Shown in pieces: positions 30,652 through 40,664 of a DNA stretch of 64,000 bases. Location: NCBI GenBank assembly GCA_033764955.1, contig JANRIL010000024.1, positions 128,001-192,000 of the forward strand. Direction: 5' to 3'. The notes beneath the pieces were generated by a model. It searched no databases. It saw nothing but the letters and a program-made list of their open reading frames with translations, and had not been told where the DNA came from. Origin of the DNA: Cyanobacteriota bacterium. GTDB taxonomy: Bacteria > Cyanobacteriota > Cyanobacteriia > Thermostichales > Thermostichaceae. Numbering within the stretch: the stretch's first letter is position 1; the number at the start of each line of letters is the position of its first letter. The position numbers and the translations under genes were made by a program.

Positions 30652-31380
30652 ATGGTAGCGGCTCCTTCGATTGCCACAAAACCCCTCCTAGAGGTTCAGG
30701 ATCTCAACATTTATTATGGGGGTAGCCATATTGTCAAAGACCTTTCCTTTAAGATTATGCCCGGTCAAGCCGTTTGCTTGTTAGGGCGGAATGGCATGGG
30801 CAAAACCACGACACTGAAAACTATTATGGGATTGCTCAAACAGCGCAGTGGATCCCTAGTTTTGGACGGGGATCCCATTTCTGACTTTTTCCCCAATCAG
30901 AGAGCCTGTGCTGGTATTGGCTATGTTCCACAGGGGCGTGAAATTTTTCCTAAGTTAACGGTTGAGGAAAACCTGCTCGTCGGACTGGAAGCCGCGGCTG
31001 GTAATGTCAAAAAAATTCCTGATTTTGTCTATGAGCTTTTTCCTATCCTTAAGTCATTCCTCAAACGATTTGGTGGTGATTTGAGTGGAGGTCAGCAGCA
31101 ACAACTGGCGATTGCCCGTGCCCTTGTAGCTAACCCCAAAGTATTGATTTTAGATGAACCGACAGAAGGGATCCAGCCCTCCATTATCATTGAGATTGAG
31201 GATGCTATTACCAAGATCAAGCAAGAGAAGGGGATAGCGGTTCTGCTGGTTGAACAGTATTTTCAGTTTGCCCAAAGCTTAGCAGATTACTTTTATCTAA
31301 TTGAGAATGGCTCTCTTGTGATGGAAGGACTGACTTCTGAGATGGATGTGGTTAAGGTTCAATCTTATTTATCCGTCTAG
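30652..31380 (+). CDS. urtE: Urea/amide ABC ATPase
   Basis: GRNGMGKTT; YVPQGREIF; LSGGQQQQLAIARAL; DEPTEGIQPS. Confidence 0.93.
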   Translation: MVAAPSIATKPLLEVQDLNIYYGGSHIVKDLSFKIMPGQAVCLLGRNGMGKTTTLKTIMGLLKQRSGSLVLDGDPISDFFPNQRACAGIGYVPQGREIFPKLTVEENLLVGLEAAAGNVKKIPDFVYELFPILKSFLKRFGGDLSGGQQQQLAIARALVANPKVLILDEPTEGIQPSIIIEIEDAITKIKQEKGIAVLLVEQYFQFAQSLADYFYLIENGSLVMEGLTSEMDVVKVQSYLSV

Positions 31381-31407
31381 ATTCACCTGTCTGAATAGTC
31401 TGTCTTT

Positions 31408-31638
31408 GTGGCAAAATCAGTGAGGGTTTTTAGGAACAAAAAACTGATGAAAGTAGAGTTTAAGCCAATTGCGGCACGGGTTCTTCCCTATGCCTTTGTT
31501 TGTTTTAGTTGCTGGCTCTTGATCAGTGGGCAAATTAGTGATGATGCCTTCCTTTGGATATTTTTAGGCTTTGCCTTAGTCAGCTATTTTTCTAGACGCA
31601 AAGCCGAAAACTCTAGCGAAAAATCTTCTAAGGAGTAG
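31408..31638 (+). CDS. Small hypothetical membrane protein
   Basis: Two hydrophobic stretches; directly follows urtE. Confidence 0.4.
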   Translation: MAKSVRVFRNKKLMKVEFKPIAARVLPYAFVCFSCWLLISGQISDDAFLWIFLGFALVSYFSRRKAENSSEKSSKE

Positions 31639-31684
31639 GTTGAGTTGTTCAGGAGATGGTGTTGGCGGAATTAGAACAACCACC

Positions 31685-32077
31685 TTAAAACCCTTGACTA
31701 CGCTCTCTTCTAATTTTTAGGTAATGTTGGGTTGTCAAAATTGAAGTGAGCACGAAAAATAGAGTAAGACCCTCAAAAATTAACCATGATTCCAGAGTGT
31801 TACTCTGATGGCTAAGTTCTTCACAGTTAGTGATCAAACAACTAATAGCTACTACATTCGAGGCAAGCAGAGGCAGGCTGAATAGACCTGCTAGGATGCC
31901 AGTACACAATAAATAGGACTCTGGCAGAATCAGAAAGGAAAAGAGTTTGGACTGTTTATTGATGACCTCATTCAAGCGATTGTTAGCATTTTCGGGCGAG
32001 GGAGAAGGGAAATCATTCATAAGTTTGCTAGGAAAAATGAAGCAATAGGTTTCTGCAATAGCTTTTCTATTGAGCAA
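31685..32077 (-). CDS. Hypothetical two-TM protein
   Basis: 130-aa ORF with two hydrophobic segments; start uncertain. Confidence 0.45.
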   Translation of the reverse strand: MLNRKAIAETYCFIFPSKLMNDFPSPSPENANNRLNEVINKQSKLFSFLILPESYLLCTGILAGLFSLPLLASNVVAISCLITNCEELSHQSNTLESWLIFEGLTLFFVLTSILTTQHYLKIRRERSQGF

Positions 32078-32105
32078 AGTAATGATGGCTGATTATGGAA
32101 CCAAA

Positions 32106-32933
32106 CTAGACACTTTTTTCAAGCCAAATGGGATCCCCCTGCTGGATGGTTCCTGCCTCTAGGACAGATGTCCGGATCCCGGCGATCACCTGATTATAGC
32201 GGGCAGTTGTTTTGAGAATGTTGATATCCTGAGGCAGATCTGACTGGGCTAGGGTAGTGACGACACAGCGAGGGCAGGCTGTATCAATACTAAGCTTGAC
32301 CGATTCACCAATCGAGAGGATCCCTCCCACCCAATCATTTTCTAGAAAGTCAGCGGTGGGGAAGAGCGGCTCAATTAAAATATTGGGACGAAAGCGGCTG
32401 ACATGAAATTGCCCTTCAGGATAGAGCGTTTGCAGGCGAGCAAGAGTGGCTGTGGTAATCAGATGGATAGAGCAGGAGTCAAAAAACGTCTGCGGGGGCA
32501 TATAAAGCTGAGTGATTGTTTCTTGGTGAGCGGTTCCTTCTACATCTGGCCAATATTGATCAAGACTCGCCCCTTTCGGGACTGAGGAAAGGAGTTCTAC
32601 GGAACAGCCCAACGCTTGAGAAAGGCGTGTATGGATCTCTGGGCTATCCGTATTGACCATCTGACCATCGGGGAGGGTAATGGTTACGGTTGTGGCCGGA
32701 TTGGGAGGAGTAACGGTTTCGCTAAATTTGGCCTGAAAGTTGAGGAGTTTTGCCCATTTCTTGGGGTTTTTGGCACTGGCAACCCGTTGTCTCTCGGGAT
32801 CCCAGAGGGCATAGAGGCGATCCCCCCAGACTCCTTGGGCGGTAATAGCTGATACGGGAATAGCCTCCCCTAGCATTGACTTAACAGGATATCTCCAAAG
32901 GGAATGAACCGTTCCGACCTTCAGGTGAGCCAT
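32106..32933 (-). CDS. MOSC domain protein
   Basis: RYPVKSM; GDR; RFRPNILI; ENDWVG; CPRCVVTT. Confidence 0.92.
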   Translation of the reverse strand: MAHLKVGTVHSLWRYPVKSMLGEAIPVSAITAQGVWGDRLYALWDPERQRVASAKNPKKWAKLLNFQAKFSETVTPPNPATTVTITLPDGQMVNTDSPEIHTRLSQALGCSVELLSSVPKGASLDQYWPDVEGTAHQETITQLYMPPQTFFDSCSIHLITTATLARLQTLYPEGQFHVSRFRPNILIEPLFPTADFLENDWVGGILSIGESVKLSIDTACPRCVVTTLAQSDLPQDINILKTTARYNQVIAGIRTSVLEAGTIQQGDPIWLEKSV

Positions 32934-33196
32934 GAGAATATGTCAAATTTTCCTTTCATCAAGCCACTGAACCCTATCATTGAGCTCGGTTAACAAGCGT
33001 ATCTAACCATACGAAACGTTGACAGAGGTTTCCGCTTGATTGAGCTTTACCCCCTTGGGGAACTAGGGATCCCTAGAGTTTATACCCCAAAAAGCACGAT
33101 AGAGTGGTGGCTGGTTATGACCTTTTGGGGATCCCGCTCTTGCCATTGTTTATTGGTAGTAGTCCAGAGAAGGTCAGTTAGTCAGGAGAAGGTCAG

Positions 33197-34114
33197 TTGA
33201 CTTTTTTGCCTCCATCATGGTCACGCCTCACCCTCTGGGGAGAGCAAGGGTTTTGGCGGCTCACCCAAGTAGCGGGCTTGGCAGTGGTGACCCTGTTGGT
33301 GGGCATCGTTGTCCAAATCGGTAGCCTCGCTTGGCCTGCTATCGAACGCTTTGGTTTTTCCTTTTGGCTAACCGTTATCTGGGATCCGGTGAGGGGGGAA
33401 TACGGCGCTTTAGCACTTCTCTGGGGAACGGCGATCAGCTCCCTGCTGGCGTTGCTGATCGCGGTGCCGATGGGAGTGGGCACTGCCATCCTTCTGAGTG
33501 AAGATATTTTGCCCCTTTCCCTGCGTCGCGGGTTAACCCCCTGCGTGGATCTGTTGGCTGGGATCCCTAGCGTTGTCTATGGTTATTGGGGAGCCGTGGT
33601 GCTCAACCCCTGGCTGCATCAACTGGGGATCTGGCTGTCTGGGCAGGGATGGATCACCTTGCGGATTGGGACATCGGGAAGTTTATTAGCGGCGGGATGC
33701 CTACTGGGGATCATGATTGTGCCCATTATCAGTGCGGTGGGACGGCAATCGCTCCTGGCCTTACCCCCAGAATGGCGGGAAGCCTCTTTGGCGGTAGGCG
33801 CCAGTCGGTGGACGACCATCTGGCGCGTCTTATTGCCAGGGGCGAGGTCAGGAATAGGTGCCGGCATCTTGCTGGGATTAGCCAGGGCGATGGCAGAAGC
33901 GATGGCGGTAACGATGGTCATCGGCAATGCTAACCGCTTGCCCCGCTCCCTTGGGGATCCGAGCAATACTCTGGCGGCGGTTTTAGCTAATCAGTTTGCT
34001 GAAGCCACGGGTCTGCAGGTAGCCGCGCTCATGTATGTGGGGTTGATCCTGTTTGGCTTGGTGTTGGTAGTGGGACTGGTGGCGGAAGGAATTCGGCCAG
34101 GATCCCCACACTAA
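33197..34114 (+). CDS. pstC: Phosphate ABC permease PstC (stand-alone)
   Basis: WDPV..YG; DLLAGIPSVVYG; EASLAVGASRW; ARAMAEAMAVTMVIGN. Confidence 0.88.
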   Translation: MTFLPPSWSRLTLWGEQGFWRLTQVAGLAVVTLLVGIVVQIGSLAWPAIERFGFSFWLTVIWDPVRGEYGALALLWGTAISSLLALLIAVPMGVGTAILLSEDILPLSLRRGLTPCVDLLAGIPSVVYGYWGAVVLNPWLHQLGIWLSGQGWITLRIGTSGSLLAAGCLLGIMIVPIISAVGRQSLLALPPEWREASLAVGASRWTTIWRVLLPGARSGIGAGILLGLARAMAEAMAVTMVIGNANRLPRSLGDPSNTLAAVLANQFAEATGLQVAALMYVGLILFGLVLVVGLVAEGIRPGSPH

Positions 34115-34261
34115 ATAACAGGGCAAATCGGCATCAAAAAAATTTCAGCAACAGGGCATGAACAAAATTCCAGCCCAAGTAAGAAACCCCCAAGACCAGC
34201 AGACAAAACAGAACCACGCTAAAGGTTGCCCGTAGTTTATTGACCCATTCGTTCGGCATGA

Positions 34262-34684
34262 CTAGCTACCCCGCTTCAGGTCAGCCTCAGCCCGATTCAA
34301 CTGTGTCAAAACACGGGTGACTTGTTCCGGCTTGAGGGGACGCTTGCCAGGACTGCGGTAGACCGACGCCAAGGTATTTGAAACCGTGCGGAGGGTTGTG
34401 AAAGAAGCCATTTTGTCAAAACGTGCCCCATGATAGCGTCCGGCAAACGACTCAATCACCTGTTGGGCTTCGGCTTGGGAGGATTCCAGCCCACCCAAGC
34501 TATCGGAGTCGGTGAGGGCGGTACGCAACGTGTTCACCAACAGCAGACCATCTTCTGTATATTTGCCTGTTAATTGAGCAGCGTTTCCAGGCAACCCACC
34601 GATCAGCAAAACCATGACGAACAAAAGGCCAAGCCCTTTAGCCAGCAGACGGCGATGGAGGGATCGGAATGCAGTCAAGCTCAT
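34262..34684 (-). CDS. psb27: Photosystem II assembly factor Psb27
   Basis: LTGKYTED; FAGRY; SFTTLRTVSNTLASVY; RPL. Confidence 0.8.
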   Translation of the reverse strand: MSLTAFRSLHRRLLAKGLGLLFVMVLLIGGLPGNAAQLTGKYTEDGLLLVNTLRTALTDSDSLGGLESSQAEAQQVIESFAGRYHGARFDKMASFTTLRTVSNTLASVYRSPGKRPLKPEQVTRVLTQLNRAEADLKRGS

Positions 34685-34784
34685 GGAACGCCTCAAAAAG
34701 AATGCACTTTTAGCATAGGGCACTCAGGATCCCTTGGCATAGAGGAGAGCCGCCTGGGCTATGGCGAACTGGCGGGGGGATCCC

Positions 34785-36011
34785 CTAACGGCGGCGGCTG
34801 CCAAAATCAACGTTGGTGACAACTTGCCCAGCCGCCAGGTTAATCGTGTAGAACCCTGCCGGAGCTTCTGGGGTGGATCCCGTAATACTTGTGACAAAGC
34901 TGACAAAGCTGGAAACCCTTGTGTAAATGCCCGGAAAATCGGGCTGGGCACAGCCAAAACCAAAGCTGGTGATGCCCGCTAGCAAAGCACTACTGCCGGA
35001 ACCAACGATCAGAGGGCCGCCGCTATCCCCTTGGCAGGTATCCACCCCCCCTTCCAAAAAACCCGCACACAACATCGAGTCAATCAGAATGCCGTCATAG
35101 GAGCTGGGCGCATTACAGGTGGCGTTGGACTGAATGGGAACCTGAGCCTCCTGCAATTCAGTGGGAAAGCCTGAGGGGGGTAAAACCAGTCCTCTGGGAT
35201 TGGTGGCTCCCCAGCCAATGATGGTGGATTCGGTGCCGGGGGTGGTGCTGGCTTCGGAAGTAACCAAGGGAATCGGGGTTAAGGGGCTAGGAGTGACCAA
35301 CTTTACCAGCGCTAAATCCGATCCTCCTGCCTGGGAGTCAGATGGATCATAGTCGGGGTGAATGACAATCTCAGAGACCGCCAAACGGGTGCCAGAGTCA
35401 TTTCCCAACGTATTCGTGCCCAGCAAGATCTCTAGGTCGTCAGGAAAGACATTTTGGCGGTCGGTGTCGGTGCTAAAAAAGCAGTGGGCAGCCGTCAACA
35501 CCCACTCCGAGGTAATCAGGGATCCCGCACAAAACTGAGCCGTTAAGGTGTTGGGATCACTAGCAATGAGGAGCCCCGCCATCCAAGGAAAGGCTCCCTC
35601 GGCGGCATCAGCCCCCCCCACAATCAAACCCGTTCGATCCGTCTCATCTGGTTGCGTCTGAATGCGGTCGGCGGGCACAACGGCGGCCACTCGATAGGAT
35701 CCCGCACTCAAATTAAAAAAAGTGAAATTGCCTCCGCTGTCGCTGGTGGTGGATAGCTCTCCACTGTCCAGTTGACCATTTTGATTTTGGTCGAGGAAAG
35801 CTACAGCTCCTGCCAGTCCTGGTTCGCCACTATCACGCTCTCCATTCCCATTCAAATCATCGTAGTGGATCCCTTGGATCTGACCGAGGTTGGGAGGAGG
35901 AGCCGTCGTGGAATCTGAGGAGCCGCCGCAAGCAGTTAAGAGCATCACTAAGCCAGCGCAAGCCGCCCAACCGGGATAGCGAATAGGGAAAATCAGGCTG
36001 GTTTGAATCAT
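34785..36011 (-). CDS. Lipoprotein trypsin-like (S1) serine protease with SdrD-B-like domain
   Basis: LTAC lipobox; DDLNGNGERDSGEPGL; IVGG; LTAAHC; DLAL; CQGDSGGPL; YTRVS. Confidence 0.9.
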   Translation of the reverse strand: MIQTSLIFPIRYPGWAACAGLVMLLTACGGSSDSTTAPPPNLGQIQGIHYDDLNGNGERDSGEPGLAGAVAFLDQNQNGQLDSGELSTTSDSGGNFTFFNLSAGSYRVAAVVPADRIQTQPDETDRTGLIVGGADAAEGAFPWMAGLLIASDPNTLTAQFCAGSLITSEWVLTAAHCFFSTDTDRQNVFPDDLEILLGTNTLGNDSGTRLAVSEIVIHPDYDPSDSQAGGSDLALVKLVTPSPLTPIPLVTSEASTTPGTESTIIGWGATNPRGLVLPPSGFPTELQEAQVPIQSNATCNAPSSYDGILIDSMLCAGFLEGGVDTCQGDSGGPLIVGSGSSALLAGITSFGFGCAQPDFPGIYTRVSSFVSFVTSITGSTPEAPAGFYTINLAAGQVVTNVDFGSRRR

Positions 36012-36299
36012 AACGCTCCCTTTTCTTTTGAGACTCCGCATCCTTGCCACTTCACACCCATCAAGCACGGCACAAAACTCCTATCTAAGTAAAGGTTTAG
36101 CCGTTGTGTTCTCAGCATAGGAGAGAAGCGCTTGATTCGGTGAGTGCGGATCTTCCTAAAGTTTTCCGAAACATCCCCAGTGTGATTGGTGGCTTCAGCC
36201 GATGCCGTATTTGAATATAAAATACCGTTTGCTTCTGGGCGGCTATAGAGAGTTAAGGTTTTTAGCAGTGATGAATAAGTGTCTGGGAGATCTTGATTC

Positions 36300-38867
36300 A
36301 TGGCAATCCGCAGTAGGAAAGATGCTTTATGGTTCCCTCCCGTTGGGTTGCTAAGGATCTTGTCCAGCCTAGGATTGCTGAGTTTAAGCTGGCTAATGTC
36401 GGGTTGTGGTGGAACCAGCGACTCCACAGCATTGCCATTCCCCGACTCCAGCCTGACTATCCTAGTGGATCCCGACAACGGTCCCCTCAAAACCCTGCAA
36501 GAGGCCATCAGCGAAGCGGATCGCCAGCAAAATGCCACCCCTAACCTGAATGTCTTGATTGAGATTGTCGGCTCCGGTTCAGAGTCTCTTACTTCCACCC
36601 TCAGCCTGGATGGGGGCAACGGCACCAACGGCGGTAAAGTCACCGTGCAAACCACAGAGGGATCCGTTCCGTCCTATCAAATCCTGACCGGACTGGCGGA
36701 CTTAATCATTCCTGCCGAAACCCAGCTGAATGACCTGAGTGTCAGCCTCAATAATGGGGGGCAACTGCAGGTCACCGGAGGACAAATTCAAAACTCCAAA
36801 ATTACGGTAGCTTCTCAACAATCCCAAATTCGGGTATCGGGATCCCCATTGAGTGGGTTGTTGGACTTGGTGATTGATTGCCAGCAATTTGCCGATAGTT
36901 GTTTATCACTTACAACAGATGCCACGTTGCAACGGATCGAGTTGACCCATAGCTCTCAGCAAACGGGCAGCATCGGCATCAAAGTAGAGGCAGGCAGCCG
37001 TCCCAACATTTTGGATAGTTTAGTGGGGATCGTGGGAGCCGCCAATCAAGTCGGGATCCAGTTTGAGAGCAACACAGGTGGACAATTGGAGAATGTCGAG
37101 GTGGATGGGGCAAAAGAGGCTGGCGAAAACCGGAGTACAGACAAGTGGCCAGAAGGGAGAGTCAATGTTACCCAACCCACAACCGGAATGGTCTTAGCCG
37201 CAAGCGATGCCAACCCCACGATTCGCCAGAGTCGTTTTCGGGTGGGGCAGTTTTCCAGCAGCGCCGGCATCCGCATTTTGGCGGGTACTCAGCCAGGGCA
37301 AATTAGTGAGAATGACTTTGTTTCCTCCCGTCCGGGATCTGGCATCGGCATTCGGGTGGCAGCCGGGACACCCAGCCTAGTCGTGAATGAATACCTTAAC
37401 AGCAATACCTTCGATGACAATTTGCTGATTGCCGTGGGATCCAATGCCGCCTCAGCCACCCCTTCCCCCCAGCCTGGTGCCACCCCGGTTAGCGACCCCG
37501 AACCGACCCCCACTGGCCCTCAACCCAACCCAACCCCCGATCCTACGGTGATCACCACCCTTGCTGACGAGGGAGAGGGATCCCTGCGGCAGGCCATCCT
37601 AACGGCCAATGGGTTGGGGCAACCAGTTGAAATTACCTTTGCTGCCGAATTAGTGTCCACCCCCATTACCATTGCCCTCACCGAGAGTTTGCCTACCATT
37701 GAAACGGTTTTAACCCTTACCTCACCCGCCGCCGATTTGGTGACGATTGATGGGCAAGGGGCAACGCGACTATTTGCCGTTCAGCCGGGAGCGTCCCTGA
37801 CCCTCAACAACTTGACCCTAACCCGTGGATTTCACCCTGAACGGGGGGGATCCCTGCTCAATGAGGGGGGAAGCCTGACCTTGCAGGGAGTCGTGGTGCG
37901 AGAAAGCATCGCTCCTGTGGGGGGAGGAATTTATAATGCGGCGGGGTTTCTCACCATCCTAGGGGGATCCCTGTCAGCCAACCAAGCCACCGGCGTCGAA
38001 GCGATGGATGAAGCGGGCGGTGGTGCTATCGCCAGCAGTGGGGGCGGCATCGTTACCCTCGTGGGCACGACCCTGAGCAACAATACTGCCGTCGGAGATG
38101 GCGGGGCGGTGATGGCTCTAGAAGGATTCTTAACCGTTGTCAGCACCTTCCTGACAGGAAACACCACCACTGGAGCAACGCCGCAGGGATCCGATGGCGG
38201 AGCGATTTTTAGCCGGGACAGCCTGGTCACTCTAGAAACAGCAGAAATCACCGACAATGTTGCCGCCGATGATGGCGGGGGATTGTGGGTTCTGGGGGGT
38301 TCCACCAATATCTTGAATACGCGGATTGTCAATAACCAAGCCGGAGATGCCTATGGTGGCCTAGGGATCCTCAACAATCCGGCCTTCTCGATTACCACTA
38401 CCACCCTCTCTGGTAACTCATCGGGAACTGGTCTTCCTGCCAGCGACAGTCAGGAGGGCTTGATTGGGGGAGGGGCAGGTATTTTGGGCAGTACGGGAGC
38501 TATTCTCAACAGTCAGATTGACAACAATAGCACCGTCAGATTGGGGGGCGGGTTATGGATTGGCGAGAGAGCCAACGTCACCCTGACCAACATTAGCTTG
38601 ACGGCCAATACCGCAGAGTATGGCGGTGGCGTGTTTATGAATAATAGTCGGCTCACAATAGCGGGGAGCAGTTTTGTCAATAACTCAGCGACTTTCGATG
38701 GAGGAGCCATTTTCGACAATCGCGGAGTATTGCTGCCTACCGGGATCCCCTTGACAGGAGATGGCATGTTTTTGGGGATTGAGTTTATGGGCAATACCCC
38801 CAACAACCTAAATAGCAGTCCCTTGCCCCTACTGCCCACCCCATCCCCCACCCCCCCCCAAGAGTAA
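36300..38867 (+). CDS. Large lipoprotein with beta-helix and Pmp-like GGAI/FxxN repeats
   Basis: MSGC lipobox; PT-rich linkers; GSLRQAI; repeated GGAI/GGG and N-x-A motifs. Confidence 0.8.
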   Translation: MAIRSRKDALWFPPVGLLRILSSLGLLSLSWLMSGCGGTSDSTALPFPDSSLTILVDPDNGPLKTLQEAISEADRQQNATPNLNVLIEIVGSGSESLTSTLSLDGGNGTNGGKVTVQTTEGSVPSYQILTGLADLIIPAETQLNDLSVSLNNGGQLQVTGGQIQNSKITVASQQSQIRVSGSPLSGLLDLVIDCQQFADSCLSLTTDATLQRIELTHSSQQTGSIGIKVEAGSRPNILDSLVGIVGAANQVGIQFESNTGGQLENVEVDGAKEAGENRSTDKWPEGRVNVTQPTTGMVLAASDANPTIRQSRFRVGQFSSSAGIRILAGTQPGQISENDFVSSRPGSGIGIRVAAGTPSLVVNEYLNSNTFDDNLLIAVGSNAASATPSPQPGATPVSDPEPTPTGPQPNPTPDPTVITTLADEGEGSLRQAILTANGLGQPVEITFAAELVSTPITIALTESLPTIETVLTLTSPAADLVTIDGQGATRLFAVQPGASLTLNNLTLTRGFHPERGGSLLNEGGSLTLQGVVVRESIAPVGGGIYNAAGFLTILGGSLSANQATGVEAMDEAGGGAIASSGGGIVTLVGTTLSNNTAVGDGGAVMALEGFLTVVSTFLTGNTTTGATPQGSDGGAIFSRDSLVTLETAEITDNVAADDGGGLWVLGGSTNILNTRIVNNQAGDAYGGLGILNNPAFSITTTTLSGNSSGTGLPASDSQEGLIGGGAGILGSTGAILNSQIDNNSTVRLGGGLWIGERANVTLTNISLTANTAEYGGGVFMNNSRLTIAGSSFVNNSATFDGGAIFDNRGVLLPTGIPLTGDGMFLGIEFMGNTPNNLNSSPLPLLPTPSPTPPQE

Positions 38868-38927
38868 GTTTGTGTTTTATCAGTGGGGAAGAAGGTTTTC
38901 CGAGGTTCCTGAACACTCAAGACAGGA

Positions 38928-39803
38928 TCAGGCGTCTTTCTCTTCCGGTTTGACGCGGGTTTTCCGCTCCAAGAGTTCTTTGGCAATCAGGGTGACAACG
39001 GCGAGTAGCGTTAACAAAACAGCCGCCGAATAAGCGGACTCCGTTTGGTATTGTTTGTACGCATCTTCTACAAACAGAGGGAGGGTTTGGGTTTTACCGG
39101 CAATGTTGCCGGAGACCACCGCCACCGCCCCAAACTCCCCCATGGCGCGGGAGTTGGTCAAAATCACCCCATAGAGCAATCCCCAGCGAATATTCGGCAG
39201 GGTGACCCGCCAAAAGGTTTGCCAGCTATTCGCCCCCAGGGTTTGAGCCGCTTCTTCTTGATCGCTGCCCGCTTCCTCTAAAACCGGGATGACTTCCCGC
39301 GCCACAAAGGGCATGGTGATAAAAGCAGTCGCCAGTAGGATCCCTGGCAAGGCAAAAATAATCTTGATATCCATGCTATTCAGCCAAGGACCTAACCAAC
39401 CATTGCGGCCAAATAGTAAGACAAACATTAACCCTGCCACTACCGGAGAGACGGAAAAAGGCAGGTCAATCAAGCTCAACAAAAATGTCCGTCCTGGAAA
39501 TTGATGACGGGCAATCACCCAGGCGGCGCAAAGACCAAAAATGGTGTTGAGGGGAACTACGATCAACGCCACAATCAATGTCAACCGCACAGATGCCAAA
39601 AAGTTTCTCTCCAGCAAATTATCCCAGAAAGCCCCAATTCCCTGGCTAAATGCCTGAATAAAGACATTAGCCATCGGTAAAATAAGCAAAACCCCCAAAT
39701 AGAGGACAACGACGCTAATTAAAAGTGGCTTCACCCACACTGGACTAGTAGTGGATGGTGGGATCCGATCCGATGATGGAGCATTGGAAACATCATGACT
39801 CAT
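38928..39803 (-). CDS. cysW: Sulfate ABC permease CysW
   Basis: DLPFSVSPVVAG; PFVAREVIP; RAMGEFGAV. Confidence 0.95.
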   Translation of the reverse strand: MSHDVSNAPSSDRIPPSTTSPVWVKPLLISVVVLYLGVLLILPMANVFIQAFSQGIGAFWDNLLERNFLASVRLTLIVALIVVPLNTIFGLCAAWVIARHQFPGRTFLLSLIDLPFSVSPVVAGLMFVLLFGRNGWLGPWLNSMDIKIIFALPGILLATAFITMPFVAREVIPVLEEAGSDQEEAAQTLGANSWQTFWRVTLPNIRWGLLYGVILTNSRAMGEFGAVAVVSGNIAGKTQTLPLFVEDAYKQYQTESAYSAAVLLTLLAVVTLIAKELLERKTRVKPEEKDA

Positions 39804-40644
39804 GGCGACGCCCCCATACTTGTAGAAAGTTAATGCCTAACAACGAAATCAGGGAAAAAATTAGCAAAACTGTACCAATCACCGTCGCTCCGGCATAGTC
39901 ATATTGCTCAAGCTTTTGAATAACTAATACCGCCGAAATCAAATCTTGAAAAGGGATCCCAGCCGCAATAATCACAATCGAGCCATATTCCCCCACCGCC
40001 CGTGAAAACCCTAGGGCAACTCCCGTCAAAACGGCTGGCATCAATTGTGGCAAAACCACTTTATAAAAGGTTTGAAACGGGGAGGCTCCCAAACACCAGG
40101 CTGCCTCTTCAATATCTTTCTCCATTTCTTGCAGCACGGGCTGAACGGTTCGCACCACAAAAGGTAGGGCAATAAACAACATCGCCACCCCCACCCCTAA
40201 ACGAGTAAAGGAGATGCGGATCCCAAAGGGAGTAAATAGTGATCCGATCCAGCCGTTATCACTATAAACAGTGGCTAACGTCAAGCCAGCAACCGCAGTG
40301 GGCAGGGCAAACGGCAGATCAATCACACCCTCTAACAATCGCTTCAACGGAAAGTTATAGCGCACCAAAACCCAGGCCGTTATCAATCCAAACACACCAT
40401 CAATTAAGGCAGCTATGAAAGCCGTAACGAAGGTAACTTCATAGCTAGAAACCGCCACTTCATCGGTGGCCACCTGCCAGAAGTTTACCGGGCCTTCTGT
40501 CAATGATTTCAGAATCATCGCTGTCATTGGGATCAGCAACATCAGGGTCAAGTAGCCCACAGTGATGCGCCAAGGCCAGGAAACTTGACCCCACCAGCGC
40601 AGAGGATTCCAGTTTTGGGAAGATTGTAAAGGTGTTGTTGTCAT
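39793..40644 (-). CDS. cysT: Sulfate ABC permease CysT
   Basis: DLPFALPTAVAG; PFVVRTVQPVL; RAVGEYGS. Confidence 0.95.
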   Translation of the reverse strand: MTTTPLQSSQNWNPLRWWGQVSWPWRITVGYLTLMLLIPMTAMILKSLTEGPVNFWQVATDEVAVSSYEVTFVTAFIAALIDGVFGLITAWVLVRYNFPLKRLLEGVIDLPFALPTAVAGLTLATVYSDNGWIGSLFTPFGIRISFTRLGVGVAMLFIALPFVVRTVQPVLQEMEKDIEEAAWCLGASPFQTFYKVVLPQLMPAVLTGVALGFSRAVGEYGSIVIIAAGIPFQDLISAVLVIQKLEQYDYAGATVIGTVLLIFSLISLLGINFLQVWGRRHES

Positions 40645-40664
40645 AGAGCTTAGAGATGAATAAA

